The notes below the pieces were generated by a model that saw only the letters and a program-made list of their open reading frames with translations, was not told the origin of the DNA and ran no database searches. The translations under genes and the position numbers were made by a program. A stretch of 63,466 nucleotides of DNA, the filler included, from Craspedostauros australis (taxonomy: Eukaryota): NCBI GenBank assembly GCA_030167865.1. It is 5 parts of 5 records of this genome, joined end to end, with 100 filler letters (N's around TTAATTAATTAA, not from the genome) between each part and the next. Parts side by side here need not be neighbours in the genome. Positions count along the whole stretch, not along the records: positions 61,070 to 63,466 come from JALAGF010004632.1; 4 more parts are not named here. The stretch is one strand, 5' to 3'. This document shows, piece after piece, positions 61,070 to 63,466 of this stretch. Every line of letters begins with the position of its first letter. Position 1 is the first letter of the stretch.

Positions 61070-63466
61070 GGGATTGATCAGTGTTTGCAGATTGAGATGG
61101 TGGCGCTCAAGTATCAGATCGGTGTTGCCCCTGGCATCTGGCCTAGCACAAGTATCCATTTGATTTTCATTCTTTCCATGCTTAGTGACTGACAGCGAAG
61201 GTATGAGCTTAATGCTCGACTCGATTGCAGCGGACAATGATGATGGCGATAGTAGTATTTAATGACATGAAAGTCGCTGGATGGTCCAAGTGTTGAGGGT
61301 TCACACACAGCAGTATAGCATGATGCATGCCATGCAACAGAGATGAAGAACAACTCCAACGCAATATGCACCATGTGGTGTCAGAGTCTGAGCCACGAAT
61401 GCAATGTTCCCATACACGCACAATGCCATCACCAATGCACTTACCTGGTGCAGGGCACCCCATCTTCTGCATGCTTTTTGCAATCCTCCCATCGACCCTC
61501 TTCCAGTGTTGCCTTGCGCATGTGGACGACTGACCTGTAGAATCAACGTCTGCACGAGGCAACCGATCTCGCGATCGGTGTATTCCAACAACAATGGAGC
61601 CCACATGACAGGGTATGTGAGCAGTCATCTCCCCTCTTCCAATATCTTCTCCTCACTTCTTTCCATCGTCAGGCGCACCCTGACACGAAGCCGGCATACG
61701 TCTCAAGTCTAGTGTATGCCATCTGGGATCTGTGCGCATGGCCGGTGTAGGAAGGCATTATATGGCCAAGGCCCAAGCTCCAACTACGTGGCAACCGACT
61801 TGTGTACGTCGCTGCTGCGTATTCTGGTGTACTCAGAGCCTGACAGGACTGTTTCCATGACTGTACCGAATGCTGATCGCTGGATGCACTAATACACTGA
61901 CATCGGCGCGTGTGTAGAGGCAGCATCTTTGCCCAGTCGCCAACAGCCAAGCTCTCGCAACCTGGGCACATTCCATGCAGACATATAGATGTGGCGCATC
62001 GCTAGTCCCATGCATTGTTGCCTCCTCCTCATGATCGTAGCCTGCGTTGCAACACATCTCACCTATTTTAGTCATTCAACGCTGCCAACACGGATACCCT
62101 GGGCGGCCAAAGCGCTCTTGTGGTATGATCGTTGCTCGTTGCATGTGACCGTCGCCAAGTTTCTGCCAAGTATTTGAACGGATTGACTGATGACAATTGT
62201 GAGCCAAAAGAATCGATTCTGATGGTGCAGAGGCTGTCAGCAATGAACCGCGACCGTGCTCATGACATACCATTTCACTGTTGCCATTGCCCTTGTCATG
62301 GCGCATTTGACATGTTCCATTCTCCAATGATGCAGGTTGGGCACGAAGCCCGACACGCAGATTCGCATCAGCAATCTGGCCACCACAGATATGCGAATGA
62401 GCTCGGTTGTGATGGGTTTTCCTCAACTCTTGTGTTGATTGTACTGCATCTTCTTTTGGCTGTCTATCACTGTGGCGAACTCCTCACGCAATGGACACCA
62501 CAGCTGGTGCTTGAGCTTTGTTCTCCTGATGAGGTGGGGGCAGAGTTTAATATAGATGGAGGGATTCACGATGACTGCTGCGAGGATAGACTCGGACGGC
62601 AGTTGCAAATCTTGCCTTACTCGCTTGTAGGATGGCCAGTCAATCATGAGAGCTTTCATTTCCGTTCGGTGCGCTTACACCAACTACCTTGGCCCCATGT
62701 GTTCATCCGCATCCTTGGGGACATTGCCTGTGCTTTTTTCGTGGGCTACTGCCTGTACTTTTCTTGTCCCCACTTCCTCTTCCACGTTCTTCATGATCTT
62801 TGCTTTCAGCTTATTAGCACACTGCTTTATTCACCTGAGTTGAGATTCAATGAAGGACAGACTATTACCGAACACGGTATCAATCCGATGGGAGAAATTC
62901 TTGTTTTGGCGCGAAATCTTCCGACTTGATCGACCACCAAATCTTTTCTCCTCCTTCCTCTCCTCCATTCACGAATCCATCATGACTCAAACCTGACCGA
63001 CCTGACTCACACCCCACCTGGGAACTATATGCTCTTCAGATCCTCCTTACTGCAACATACCTTGATTCCTTCATGCTGATGACCACCACACTACCACCGT
63101 GGTCTCAACATGTGTATCCAACTTGCTTCAACTCAAGCAATGGAATCCGAGGGTCAGCTTCAGCCACAGCCACTGCTTCATGACNGTCANNNCTGATTGT
63201 CATGACCTACACTGCAGTGTAACTACATGTGCGGAGAGCAAAGTACTGTATTGATTGTCTACTCTGTTGCACTGAATCAAGTGCATCAGTGCAGGGTCTC
63301 GCCAAGTTGTGTGGCATCGTTTCTCCACCCTACTAACACCAATGAGCTAACTGATAATCAGCAATTCGATACAGGATAGGGTACCAAACACTGCACTTAC
63401 TACGCCGCCAGGGTGATCAAGCCAAGAGGTGGAGTCGGTGTGTTTGGTGTTGTTGTTGTTGCTATT

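Noticed and set aside
62132..62929. 265-aa plus-strand ORF as a real gene
   Set aside because: H/C/L-rich composition typical of a non-coding or antisense frame; no domain recognised.

Overview
Eukaryotic nuclear DNA, most likely from a diatom. This rests on GT-AG introns, diatom-type Ty1/copia elements and diatom-style secreted and membrane protein families. The window is not one contiguous locus: five scaffolds are joined by artificial 100-bp spacers (44 N + TTAATTAATTAA + 44 N). Recognisable genes are SF3B4, UBC6/UBE2J, SDH4, RPB3, an RluA-type pseudouridine synthase, RPL7A, an HMG-box protein, an SGNH-like hydrolase and a DUF676 esterase. The accessory content is more interesting: two ~97%-identical STAND (AAA_16/COG3899-like) NTPase genes with helical repeats but no recognisable effector domain; a ~1370-aa single-pass protein with six tandem Cys-containing ectodomain repeats; a gene broken by two in-frame stops; a Copia RT-RNase H ORF without stops; and a nested retrotransposon cluster. 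In that cluster a Copia pol is interrupted by two related TG...CA elements, each with an exact 6-bp target-site duplication, and an inverted pair of ~530-bp LTR-like repeats brackets the Copia remnant and one STAND gene. All family assignments come from reading motifs by eye; no database search was run.
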